Below, one piece after another: positions 1-16,980 of a DNA stretch of 64,000 nucleotides. Position 1 is the stretch's first letter. Each line of letters opens with the position of its first letter. Position numbers and translations under genes: made by a program. The notes below the pieces were generated by a model. The model had not been told where the DNA came from. It was given only the letters and a program-made list of their open reading frames with translations, and ran no database searches. The DNA is from Tubulanus polymorphus (taxonomy: Eukaryota; Animalia; Nemertea): the NCBI RefSeq assembly GCF_964204645.1, contig NC_134035.1, forward strand, positions 11,564,451-11,628,450, given 5' to 3'.

Positions 1-5783
<5,783 letters not shown>

Positions 5784-5869
5784 ATTTTGTATATGTAAAG
5801 TGTATATGTAAAGTTTAGAATGTAAAAATTTAAAAACATTCCACCCCAATGTGTTGAATAGCGGGCATA

Positions 5870-6023
5870 TCTACACTGCAGTGCAGTGTATCGTTAGCTA
5901 CTGATATTTCACCATGTGCTGCCATCTTTCAATACAGAGAACTAATTACTTATAGCATCAATACACTGCGATGCGGTGTACTAGCCAAGTCCATAACAGA
6001 TTTATACACCGCACTGCGGTGTA
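5870..6023. mobile_element. Small palindromic MITE-like element in RECQL 3'UTR
   Basis: Terminal inverted repeats TCTACACTGCAGTGCAGTGTAT / ATACACCGCACTGCGGTGTAGA, with an internal third copy of the motif. Confidence 0.45.
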
Positions 6024-7902
6024 GACGTACTGAAAGGGATAAGATCTATAGACTTAACTTAACATAGAGCCGACTGCCTCAGATCATCGTGTGACACCCA
6101 TAAAATGTTTGTAAGTTTCTATTGATAATCATGTGGTTATAACCGCTCTGACTGCCGGGATTGATAGCTCGCATCGGTGCAAGCTTTGTTCCTGTCAGAT
6201 CTGAGGAGGCAAACAGAGTTCGATTTTAAGGTAATTTCACAGAAAGTAGAAAATAAGAGATAAAAGAAACCTATTGAATCGAACTAGAACTAGTTAGTTC
6301 GATTGGCCACTATTCTCCATGTACATTCGTGAAAAATATCGTTACAAATTGTTAGTTCAGTCACACTTGTTTACCCGCTAATTAAGTTATCATTGTTAGG
6401 AGTTGGAACCAAATGTCGACTTTGTGTTGGTAGATTAAATATAGGAAATACAAATTTAGACTAACAGATACACTACTTATTTGAGAGGTGGGTTTCGACG
6501 AGGGTTTGCTTATTACATTTAGGGGTTCCAGTAGTCTCCCAGGCCTTTTCATAATTGTTACAATTTTTTGCCTGTGAACTGACTGAAAAGTCATATTATC
6601 GTCTGTTATGTCACAATTTACCGGTACAACCCCGCTTTATACAAATTTAAGAGGTTAAAACAAGAATTGTTTGGTTGATCAAAAATTAAATGAGACACCA
6701 AATTTTGAACCCGCTCTAGACTACCCAATGTTAGTTCCTTTTACATCAATTTGATTTAGTGAATGAATTTTGTTATAACTTCTTGAATTTGTATTTGATG
6801 GATTTTAATCGTATTATCTATTCGCCATGTCTGATTCCGTGCGGTTATTCAAACAAAGCTATAGTTTGTAGATTTTGTACGCATCTCTCCTCTCCGTCCT
6901 TGAGTTGTTTTCAAAAATACTCAGCGCTCCATAAACCTAGACACAAAAGTATAATATACTAGGAATTATAATGAGATTTTATATTTTTGCACAATTTTTG
7001 TTATGAAGTACGTGTAGATTTATTTGCTAGCTCTACTGATTACAATAATTGATGTGGTCAGTTTTCAGGTGATGATGATGGAGTCTATTTATTGTTTGTT
7101 ATAGAAAAACTACTGTAAATGATGCACATGATTGAATAAACAATATTGGCATATTGATGATGCAAGTAGCAATTTGCAGTCTGAACCTTACAGTCACTGA
7201 AAATGCCTCACTGTCCCTGGTGGTGGTTTTTGATGCTATTTAAAATCTATTGCTGTCCCTGAAACAATTTTCTACTCTCTCTCTAAAGATTTTTCATGTT
7301 TCATGTTTCGTTAATGTGTCCTTGAAAATCTACTTGTCCCTGATATGGTGATTGATAGGTTGACATAATCTGCCACTCTTCCAATTTTTGAATGTCCAGC
7401 CTTCCAGTCATATCTTTAGGATGATGCCTTCAGTTCTCGGTATTTTGAAATCAACTTTTTGTTACCAACTCAGGCTTTAGAATTCCAGGCTATAGATTGC
7501 TGGAACTTGCATTAAAAGTAGCTTATTCTAGCATTCTGTATTGATTGTAGTGTCAATACATTTTCATCATGGGAGTCAAAAAATAATTTTAAAGAATTCT
7601 TAAGGATGAGCCATACGAAAATTCATATCAATTGATTCGTACTACTAGTTTTAGTCGTAATCCTGTAATGTGCTTATTAGCGATGTTATGTTGTATTGTA
7701 CTCAACTCGTATTTATAATGAAAAAGGCAGCACAGCCATGGTACTTATATATTTCGTTGGAGTAAAAGTAATGAATATACACTATTAGAAATGTAAGACA
7801 TATTGTTGTCTGTTGAATCTTCATCGTTTCAAGCCCAGATTGATTTCATTGTAGGAACCCGTACGTAATCTACATTCACATTTTGGTTGGAAATTCTGAT
7901 TA

Positions 7903-8121
7903 GGCTAAAAAAAATTGATACCTTGTTTCTCCGCTCTGCTGAGCTTAAATGTTGACCCGGCCGGCCGCCTATCTACCCTATACATTACTTTTTTTAAAAT
8001 CGTGATCAATTTACCATAACAGACCCGGCCGCTATAGAAATGAACTGTTTATAAATTTTATCATATTTTACAAAAATGACCGGGCCGCTGCGGAGAAACA
8101 AGGTATCATTTTTGTTTAGCC
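7903..8121 (+). mobile_element. MITE family A (PIF/Harbinger, Tourist-like), copy 1
   Basis: ~32-bp TIRs GGCTAAAAAAAATTGATACCTTGTTTCTCCGC; TTA target-site duplication at 7900-7902 and 8122-8124; near-identical copies elsewhere in the window. Confidence 0.85.
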
Positions 8122-9221
8122 TTACAGTAACGATTCTTAGTGTCGCGCGTCCGACCCATATTGCCTGGCCCGTTTCCGTGTTTTACTAAACCATGACTGG
8201 TTCCTTGTTTTACTGTGATCTAAAGGTTCAAAAAATTCAAATATGCTTTATTGACAATCCTCGCTTGTGTGAGACTCAAATTAATAGTGATCATAAAATA
8301 CTATGATGAACAAAATCAATTACATGTTGGTTGTGAGTTATGAAAGTCTTAAGTCAGTCGCAAGTGAGGATTTGCCTGAGTGAATATATTGAATTTGAGT
8401 TGACTGTGGTCCTCGTGACCTTCAGCTCGGCGAGCAACTGGCTAAACGCAAGTCAGTAGAGAATCATCGTGCCTAGTCAGCGCTAGTACTAGAGAAAGAA
8501 ATAAATTCGCTCTAAAAACAACACAGCACGTAAGTGAAATGATAATAGCTTAAGTGTAGAAACGTTTAAAAACGTCATAACTTTCTCATGTGCTTGTTCG
8601 CGGTAATATTGAAAGACTAGCTCACGCAATTTGTTCCATCCAATCCAAATGTTCCAGGTTCGTTGGTCTGCGCTTATTCCGCTTAGTATTGTAACGTGTT
8701 CATCGTCATCGTCATCATCAGTAATGAAGGATCTGTGATTGGTTCAGAGAGTCTGCTTTGATTATCCTCCTCGTTGATCATGATGTGTGACATAATTGTT
8801 TGAACAGGATATTTTGATAAGGGGCAACGCATCTTCTGTTCTACTGCGACCAGTCCAGTGCCACCAGTCTTTTTTTGCCATTATTATCTGTGTCTCATTG
8901 CCTTACAACATCTTCAGGCAATTTTGATTGAAAATTATTTTAGGTAGCCTGGCAACATGTAATGGCGTTATTCCTGGTAACGCTATTTCGCAATAACAGG
9001 GTCAATCTCTATTTTAAGATTTAAAAAAAGGTAATTCCAGATTCTGGTTCTGGTAAAAGTATTTTCGCGGATATCAACAGATCGATATTTACACATTCTT
9101 CTTAATCTAATTCATTTTTCCGATGTCATTGTCAAATAATGATAATTTCCATTTGCAATTTTATTCTATTATTTTCACAGGCATTTTCGTTTATCATTTT
9201 CATTTTCTTCATCTAGGAAAA

Positions 9222-12200
9222 ATGGCAGATATAACCAGACAGTGGACTGATGAACAGTTGGACAGCGATGCTTTGAGCAAGAAAGACATATTGACATTCC
9301 TTCAACAAAATGCTTCGCAACAGGTAAATTAAATTGAAGCAAAAAAATTAACTAATATTTATAGACACCTTAACAAATAACACGTGTATTGGTATATATT
9401 GTCGGCAATAGATGATGATGATATAAGTAAAGTTAAATTGTGTCATGTAATGTAATAAAAATTAATTATTGAAATTATTCAAAGCTAAGATGATAGTTAT
9501 GTAATATATTTGATCAGTGCCCTGTTTCTCAAAAAATATTTTGGTGTTATTGCCATTGGTTACTTCATTTCATCAATGAGGACAACAATTCAAACTTAAC
9601 TGTTTAAGCCTCAAACTTTTTCGTGAAACTGCACCCAGGCCTACAAAATAAGCACCGAAAATCACAATTATTATCGACATCTTGAAACGTCAGATGACAT
9701 CGTGCACGTTGACTCCCTTGGATAACGCATAGTAGGGATCAATGTATTAAATTGAGTCATTTCATCGTCAATTTCAGTTCCAAGTCGACCATAAACTGAA
9801 AGGCAAAAACGCTATTAAATCCAAAACAAAGAAACAGTTAGGCGATGACTACATTTTGATGTTTGAAGCAAAGGTAAGCAAAAACTCGATTTAATTTAAG
9901 TCGGTTATCGACAAAAATGAGTTACGTCGGAGCGGGTAGTGATATTCAGCTTTTTTGTTCATCCCCCAATAAACCGTAAAGGCATTCAAAACAGAAGGCG
10001 AAGAAGAACTTGTTGCTGTGACGAAAGCCGCTGAAAAACTCAGCATCAAAAAGGCACCAAAAGAGGTAAAACCGCTATCACTGTCTAATACCGGTACTAG
10101 TCTCACTTTAATAGGCTGGAAGAAGTAACTTTTAATCGATGTAGATTTTTTCGTTTCAAAGATTTATTCGCATTCTTTATTCTAAGGAGCAAAAGGTCGA
10201 AGAACCCAAATACACGAAGAAGGTGTTGAAAAAAGGCGACAAAAAGACTTATCCTCAAAAAGGCGACTCGGTGGAATTATTCTACACCGGTAAATTAGCG
10301 GACGGCACAATATTCGAAAGTAATGTCGTAGGAGGTAAGTTTTGAAATGATTTTTTTAGCGCGCTTATTCGTCATTCGTTGAATTCGAGAAATTGTGGAT
10401 TGATTTGAAATGAATCTGACAAAAATCCTGGCGTATTTGTCCAAATACGCATCAGTGTTACCTGATTTTTGGTCGCCGCAGTCAACATTGAGAGTCTTCA
10501 TTGGCACCATTATAACAAAAATTGATCTACAGGGGCCAGTTGCACAGTCGTGACTTAAGTCCAAAAGTGGTCTTAAATCTTAAGACTGGTCTTAAGTTTT
10601 TAGATTAGCTATAGAACTAAGTTGGTCTTAGGCTGGTCTTAAGTCTAAGCCATGACTATGCAACTGGCCCCAGAAAACAAAATAAGATATTCAATGGGGA
10701 TCTGTAGACACTATTATATGGCAGTTTATACAATGCTGAACCAGGGTCCAGTTTCATACTGCGGTCAAACCTGCTTAAATCCAAATGTTGGTCTAATAAA
10801 CTGGATGAATTTGGTTGGTTGGTTCCGAATGATTCCCATTAAGGGGTTCTACTGTATGACACGATACTAAATATGAAACTTAAAGTAAGCTTTGTCATCC
10901 GTGAAACAGGGCCCTGATCTCTGGTGTTTGATTGATGAGGTTTAGGATACTGCAGAGCCAGTATTCCTAAAGATGACCAGATAATAGTATTCCTGAAGAT
11001 GAATACGACATTGAATAGGATATCAATCGATATCTCGAAAAATATTTATTGCTGACTCATTTGACATGATAATTTTCAGTAAGAAAAGGTAAAAAGCCCC
11101 AAGCTTTTCCATTCAAGATCGGAAACGGATCACTCATTAGAGGGGTACGTATGCATGTATGTACTGTCAATGTTTGTTATAATGCCATCTTTTTTTAACC
11201 CCATTTAAGACCCAGGGTCCAGTTCCATAGTTAAGACTTAAGTCAAAAAGTGGTTTAAAATCTTAAGACTGGTCTTAAACTGTTAGATTAGCTATAGAAC
11301 TAAGATGGTCTTAGACTGGTCTTAAGTCTAAGCCATGACTATGGAACCGGGCCCAGCAGGCTAGTGCGTTCACTTTTTATCCTTCGTCCATCCATTCATC
11401 CATACGTAGATGGAATCCAGTTATTTCGGGAAGTTTTTAAGATGTCAGTGTCTACTGGATTGTCTTGATATTTGAGTTACACTTGTATCTACCATAGACA
11501 CAGCTTCAGCCCAAAATCTGGGCCTGTCAAAATCAACATGACCGACTGGCAGCCATCTTTGTTAGCAGAAATCAGCATTTTTGAACTTTTCCGGGGAAAT
11601 TTTGAAGACGCTTCAATCAATTATCTGCATCTTTCACATGTGTTTTATCCCCGCATAACCCATCAGCATAAGCCTGAATTGGGTTGATCCAACACGGGAA
11701 GGCCATCCTGCGACCTTTTTGTTCTCAAAAAGGTTGATTTTGGCCTGAATTGCAAGACCTGTAGGAACTGATACTGTATATGGCTTTTAATGAACAATTT
11801 TGAAATGATATTGATACGTTTTTTATGCCTTATCTCTTATTTCAGCTGGATGAAGCATTGTTAACGATGAGCGTTGGAGAAAAGGTCGAACTCGTCATCG
11901 AGCCGGAATGGGCTTACGGCAAAAATGGATACGAACGGAAAAATAAAGAGTATCCTTTTAACCAAAACAACTCTTTAACTCAAGTTCAGCCTGGGTAAAT
12001 CCTCAATCTGGGCGACAACTGCCATGGTTACATTAAGAAACTGTGGTTATAACTGAAAATATGACAATTTTGCCCGGGTTATCAGTTATCAGATATATTT
12101 TCAAACTTGGGAGGCAAGTAGGGCACCACTGGGGCAGACCCCTATTCAAAATTCCGTCGATTCAACTTAAATTATGGCCACCGGGGGGTATCAGTATATC

Positions 12201-12576
12201 AATATATATTGAGGTATAAGTTCATCAGATGTGCCATGTAACTTATGTATGCAAAATAACTCGGTAAGAGTGCCATTAAATTCAGTTCAAACTGAAAAGG
12301 ACCTGGAAGGAAATTCGGATTCTACTTCATTTTAATGCTGAGCGTAAACGATATGATAACTTCTGGGGTCAGTTGCTCCAAAGCTGTTAACAGTTGACGT
12401 AGTGACAAACAATTCGTTATTACTAGGGTATTTATCGATTGGTTATCTTTAACCAACTTTTGAGCAACTGCAGCCCTTGGTATTTTTATTTGCCTTAACC
12501 GATCGACCGCAGAGGAATATCAATTCCACCGAATGAGACTTTAACATTCGAGTTGGAAATCCACCGAACATGCTGA
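9222..12576 (+). CDS. FKBP3: Peptidyl-prolyl cis-trans isomerase FKBP3 (FKBP25), 7 coding exons, 220 aa
   Basis: Exons 9222-9323, 9778-9873, 9982-10065, 10187-10334, 11080-11144, 11846-11949 and 12513-12576 join in frame. N-terminal basic helix bundle (WTDEQLDSDALSKKDILTFLQ) plus FKBP domain (PKYTKKVLKKGDKKTYPQKGD, FYTGKLADGTIFE, IRGLDEALLTMSVGEK, IEPEWAYGK, IPPNETLTFELEI). The sequence is colinear with FKBP25. Confidence 0.93.
9518..9635. mobile_element. MITE family B-related (CWG TSD) in FKBP3 intron
   Basis: Imperfect TIR TGCCCTGTTTC / GAAACTGCACC flanked by CAG...CAG. Confidence 0.5.
10533..10670. mobile_element. MITE family B (Harbinger-like, CAG TSD)
   Basis: TIR GGGCCAGTTGCA / TGCAACTGGCCC, internal CTGGTCTTAAG repeats, CAG duplication at both ends; near-identical copy at 11216-11353. 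Confidence 0.85.
10745..10913. mobile_element. MITE family B-related
   Basis: Termini GGTCCAGTTTCA / TGAAACAGGGCC with CAG/CTG flanks. Confidence 0.55.
11216..11353. mobile_element. MITE family B (CAG TSD)
   Basis: TIR GGTCCAGTTCCATAGT / ACTATGGAACCGGGCC with CAG duplication; homologous to 10533-10670. Confidence 0.85.
11950..12512 (+). other. FKBP3: U12-type (minor spliceosome) GT-AG intron of FKBP3
   Basis: 5' site GTATCCTTTT (U12 consensus RTATCCTTT); branch point TGCCTTAAC at 12491-12499, 13 nt before the end of the AG; no polypyrimidine tract. Splicing here restores the FKBP C-terminus in frame. Confidence 0.9.
12366..12476. mobile_element. MITE family B subtype inside the U12 intron
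   Basis: Homologous to 22219-22345 (…CAGTTGCTC…TTAACCAACTTTTGAGCAACTG…). Confidence 0.7.
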
Positions 12577-13853
12577 TCACGCACGGACTCGGCGGGTGGG
12601 TGTTGTTTGCCGGCATATGGTGCTATGCGGTTGTTGGTTGGTTTACCGTAATGAACAACTATCATCGTAGTTGCAGAAAAGGCGGAGGACTATTGATGAA
12701 TTTCGTACGATAGATAAAACAATTTAGGAGCAATCAAGAGTTGCTGCTGGTTTATTATTAAACACTGATTACAACGAACTTGTCTCAGCGTTTCGCGCGC
12801 GCACGCGACTATGCGCTATCTCGTGCTGTCTTCAAGCGAAACTAAAAAAAAATTGGTTATCGAGTCTTTTCTTCTAGTGATAAAATGATGCTTGCTTACA
12901 GTACCTGATACCTTCATAGTTATTCGTACTACTAATCTGCTATTACTCATGCGGCGTGGACCCGCAGTCCGGAACCGAACTCTCGGGCAGTCACGTTCCC
13001 TTAGCCTGAAGTTAGATGATAAACTTTTTGAAAATGTAGAAATGCTCATTTTCGATTAAAAGCTTTGCAGTTGACATATTGTGCGTCCCCAAGATTTTCA
13101 AGGAGTCAAATTTCTCTAATGGGCCAAATCAACTAGATGTCATCCTAGGCCACAACCGAGGTCATTATTGAGTCCCTATACTGCGTAAATTATACTTGTT
13201 TTTGGTTTATATACACAGTTTGTATGTAATTTCAATTTAAATTCTTTCCCTAAAGTCCTAGTGCAAAGATTTTATTAATTGATCGACATCTTTCCTTATT
13301 TGAAAAAGGGCATTTAGGCACAAAAGGGTGTTCGTCCCCCAGCCCCCTGTCTTGGGACGTGCATGGTTGAATTTGCATACACACGTTAAGCTCGTGTTAA
13401 GTGTGGAACGTCGGAGATGCCGAGTCCTGGCTGCGGATATGATGTCTGCGTTTAAATTCAAAGGTTCAAATTTTATGATCTTAAGAAGCGAAAGCCTAGG
13501 TCGAGATAACGACTGCACCACACGGGTTTTCATTTCAGCGGTGGTGGATTATCAATTCTTCGATGAAATATTCTTCATCAAATGCTTTCAAAGTACATGG
13601 CGTGTACTTATTATTATGTTGGTTCGGTATTGTCAATTTGTTTTGTTTTCTTTTTAAGATGTATTTTTTAACGAATACGGTTTTGTCTCTTCATGCATTA
13701 TTTGGTCACTTAGTGACACAAACGGTTATATTGCGTATATGCATACATTTATGTACAGTAGACTGTCGGGTTCAGAGTTGTTTTGACTTTGACCTGTTCA
13801 TCAAACTTGAACTAGAACCATTTTCCATCTTTGGTTTAGATATGTCTGCGTAA

Positions 13854-14071
13854 GGCTTAACAAAAATGATACCTTGTTTCTCCGCAGCGGCCGGGGTCAC
13901 TTTGTAAAATATGATGGGATTTGTAAAACAATTCATTTCTATAGCGGCCGGGTCTGTTATGGTAAAATTGATCACCATTTTAAGAAAAGTAATGTACGTG
14001 GTATATATAAGCGGCCATTCAACTTTTAAGCTGAGCAGAGCGGAGAAACAAGGTATCAATTTTCTTTAGCC
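13854..14071 (-). mobile_element. MITE family A, copy 2
   Basis: Reverse complement of 7903-8121; TAA TSD at 13851-13853 and 14072-14074. Confidence 0.85.
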
Positions 14072-15241
14072 TAATGTGGGGTGTCAATGGGGTAACAACA
14101 CTCACCAGATGGCGCCACAAAACACTGGGTCATTCGTTATAAAAATCAGTTCGTTTTCAATGAAATGTGAACTTGATTTTTAGCCTTTCGAATCCGAAAA
14201 TGATCAGACAAATCACCAAATAGATATAATATTGACTTTCTCGTTGAGCGTATTTTAAATTTGTATTTTGAACTACGTGATAAAAAAAGACTGTCTTGAC
14301 TTTCGGAGACAAGACAGTCTTTTTTTTGATGTTCGGGGTACTACTTACACTCAAATCCAAGGGTAGGCACAGCTGTTGTAAGAATATAGTTGAATGATGA
14401 TGTACCCGGTTTATCGTTGAGTCTACTGTACATAAAACTTATATTGATTATATATGTGTATTGAATGTTTATATATTTTGCATTTAAATTGTTGAATTCG
14501 GTCGTCTATTCATATCTTGTCAATTCATTCCAGAAAAACGTAGGATACCTTCCTTGTATTGCTCTTGTGCGTCCCTTATTTACTTCGATTACCAAGAATT
14601 ACTAATGACCCGTAGCGATTGAGTATTTTGATTTCGAGGCATTGTTGGCATCTAGGGCCCCGGTTTTATCGACTAATATTGGAATGAAACCAAGGTTTAT
14701 ATGGTCCGGCGCAGTTTTGAGTTCGATATAACTGAATACATGTTACATGAATACATCTTTAAACCAGTGCCAAAATTTGAATTGTCTACATTAGGAAATA
14801 TGAACTTAAGGAACTTGATCATGAGGAAACTGATTAAGGCTAATTAATTATGGTACTATGAAAAAACAGAGACGTTACAGTCTTTCAAAGTCTGGGCCCC
14901 CGAGGTGTAATAAGTTATGAGAGCGTAACCATATGGAAAACTAAAAGAAAAGAATTGCTGAATTGGCACGTAATGATAATGATTAGAAGTTAAACAGGCT
15001 TTATTTTGAATATTTCCTCTATGCAGCGACCTGATGTCTTAATGAAGTTATCGACGAATGTTTGTTATAAGAAGTTAAACTGTAAAAATATACATGTTGA
15101 AATTATGAACGAAAATAAACGAAAACTTTTTTAGATATCATTTAGATGGTTTATAGTTGTGGTTGATATCAAGGCGTTCATGTTCGATGCAGTATGTTCT
15201 AGAAACGCGGACAGATATCCATTTTATCAATTTCCTTTGTA

Positions 15242-15607
15242 CAGGGTGACCACGAATCTGGAAGACAGGGAAAACACAGGGAAATGATTTTTCTCAGGGA
15301 AATTGGTAAAAATCTGGAAAACACAGGGAAATTACTTTTGTCTCGCACGCGCGTTTTCACCGCGAATGTTTACAATTGTCTACCTGAAACCAAGGATCAT
15401 ATGGTAAGTAATACAAAGTTATAGCGCCACTTTCTAACAAACTTTTTTAACTTTGTAAAATCACAGCGGAGCTATATCAGACGATAGGCTGCTTGTCTTT
15501 AATTTTATATTTGTCATGGTCTCCAGATGACGCCCAGCACAGGGAAAATCAACTTTTCACAGGGAAAACGCAGGGAATTTGCAAGTGGGTGGTTCGTGGT
15601 CACCCTG
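15242..15607. mobile_element. Non-autonomous DNA transposon (hAT-like CAGGG termini), 5-bp TSD
   Basis: Perfect 15-bp TIR CAGGGTGACCACGAA; subterminal CAGGGAA repeats; TTGTA direct repeat on both flanks. Confidence 0.75.
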
Positions 15608-16841
15608 TTGTAATTTTGGTTACACACGCGACTAGCGTAGCCTATATACTGATCCCCAAGGCACGCCGCTAATTTCCCCAGTCTAAAATCGGCATTAAAT
15701 CGACACTTATCCACAACTCGGTAAAGAGTGACTTTCCGTGTATTTGGTCGACGAGTGGACGGCTCATGATCTGGCCAATCTCGATAGCCCTTGGCTTCCC
15801 CTCCGGTAATCGTGATCTCGCTGTTCGTAAAGACGCCACGCTGAGGTCAGTATCTCGTATAATCCGTTACACTCCAAGACGTCGCTGGGTATTTGAGAGC
15901 TATTTAGACGCGATGATAAAATCGATGCAATTTTGGGATGCGATTCAATTACTGGTGTTTAAAACCTCTATGTCGTGTGTTTCGGTAGATTCATTAGACG
16001 CGTATGATCTAAATTGAATTTAATGTCCGAACGTTTGATACAGTATAAACCTCGTGTAAGTCGGTTGGGACCTAGAAAAATCCTCCGACTTAGAGAAAAT
16101 AGTCTGATTTTAACTAAATTAAAAATTCTTAGTACGGTGTTTAACATTAACATATTTATTTACATCCAGGCGGATACTATTAGTGTGCAGTCTTTTCATA
16201 AAACTACTGTTTTCGGTGAATTTTCCGGATCGTCATTTGTCTTTTAGTCGTCTGAACAAGCGCAAAGCACCGGAAATTCTACGAAACCAGGTGACCCAAG
16301 ACATGGACCACTCGCTCATAAATGAGTGAACCGATCGAAGGCGTTTATACCTTAAAGATTATGAAATATTAAGACAATATTCTGCAAAAATAGCGTGAAA
16401 TAAATACATAAACCAATTCGCATTATCCCTTTTCGAATTTGCATATGCAATCTGCGAAGTTAGAAAGGTCCGTTCCGGCTCCGAAACCCTTCTGTAGTCG
16501 CAGCAACGAGTTGAACACGCGAATGTGCGCAGCTGACGGCGTTCCCATATCGCACGCACCACTGACTCCAGTCATCATTCAATCAGACAAGATTGGAAAC
16601 CAACAACAGTTTGATTACGGGTACAAACAAAGGAGCATCTCGTTAATTAATAAGACGTACAAATGCCAGCGACGTGAAAGGAGCGAGCGAGCGAGTCGTT
16701 TCGCAATTTGTGACGGACGAAAGAAATCGATCGATAATCGATGATCAATATGCGACACAATCTAACGCATCAATCAACTCGCTTACAAACATTCGAACAT
16801 ACATTCATACACGTGTACGCGAGAGCAGGGGAGGACCAGAC

Positions 16842-16980
16842 TGTCAAATCCCAAAAGGGCGCTCAATGTCCAAAAAGGCAATTTGTTTTAGGTTTACTTC
16901 CGACGTACAGAGAGCTTCCTTTTGAAGAACTTGTCAAGTCCCAAAAGGGCGTTTGATGTCCAAAAAGGCAAATCTAGGCG
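16842..16980. repeat. Imperfect direct repeat (TGTCAARTCCCAAAAGGGCG…TGTCCAAAAAGGCAA) x2, probable transposon remnant
   Basis: Two ~40-bp copies about 90 bp apart; AAAAGGGCA motifs continue to about 17125. Confidence 0.5.

Noticed and set aside
8560-8793. Minus-strand acidic coding-like stretch upstream of FKBP3
   Set aside because: The ATG frame stops after 36 codons; no splice-consistent continuation or recognisable homology.
10533-11353. CRISPR-like repeated palindromes
   Set aside because: Eukaryotic intron, no repeat-spacer periodicity and no cas genes; these are MITEs with TSDs.
12760-12840. Second possible hammerhead/Penelope end on the minus strand (TTGAAGA…GAAACG…AATAAA); similar weak traces at about 49560 and 61640
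   Set aside because: Core and stems are too degenerate to support by eye.
13772-14059. ORF MIPCFSALLSL… and its near copy at 44780-44986
   Set aside because: Chance frames inside MITE family A copies.
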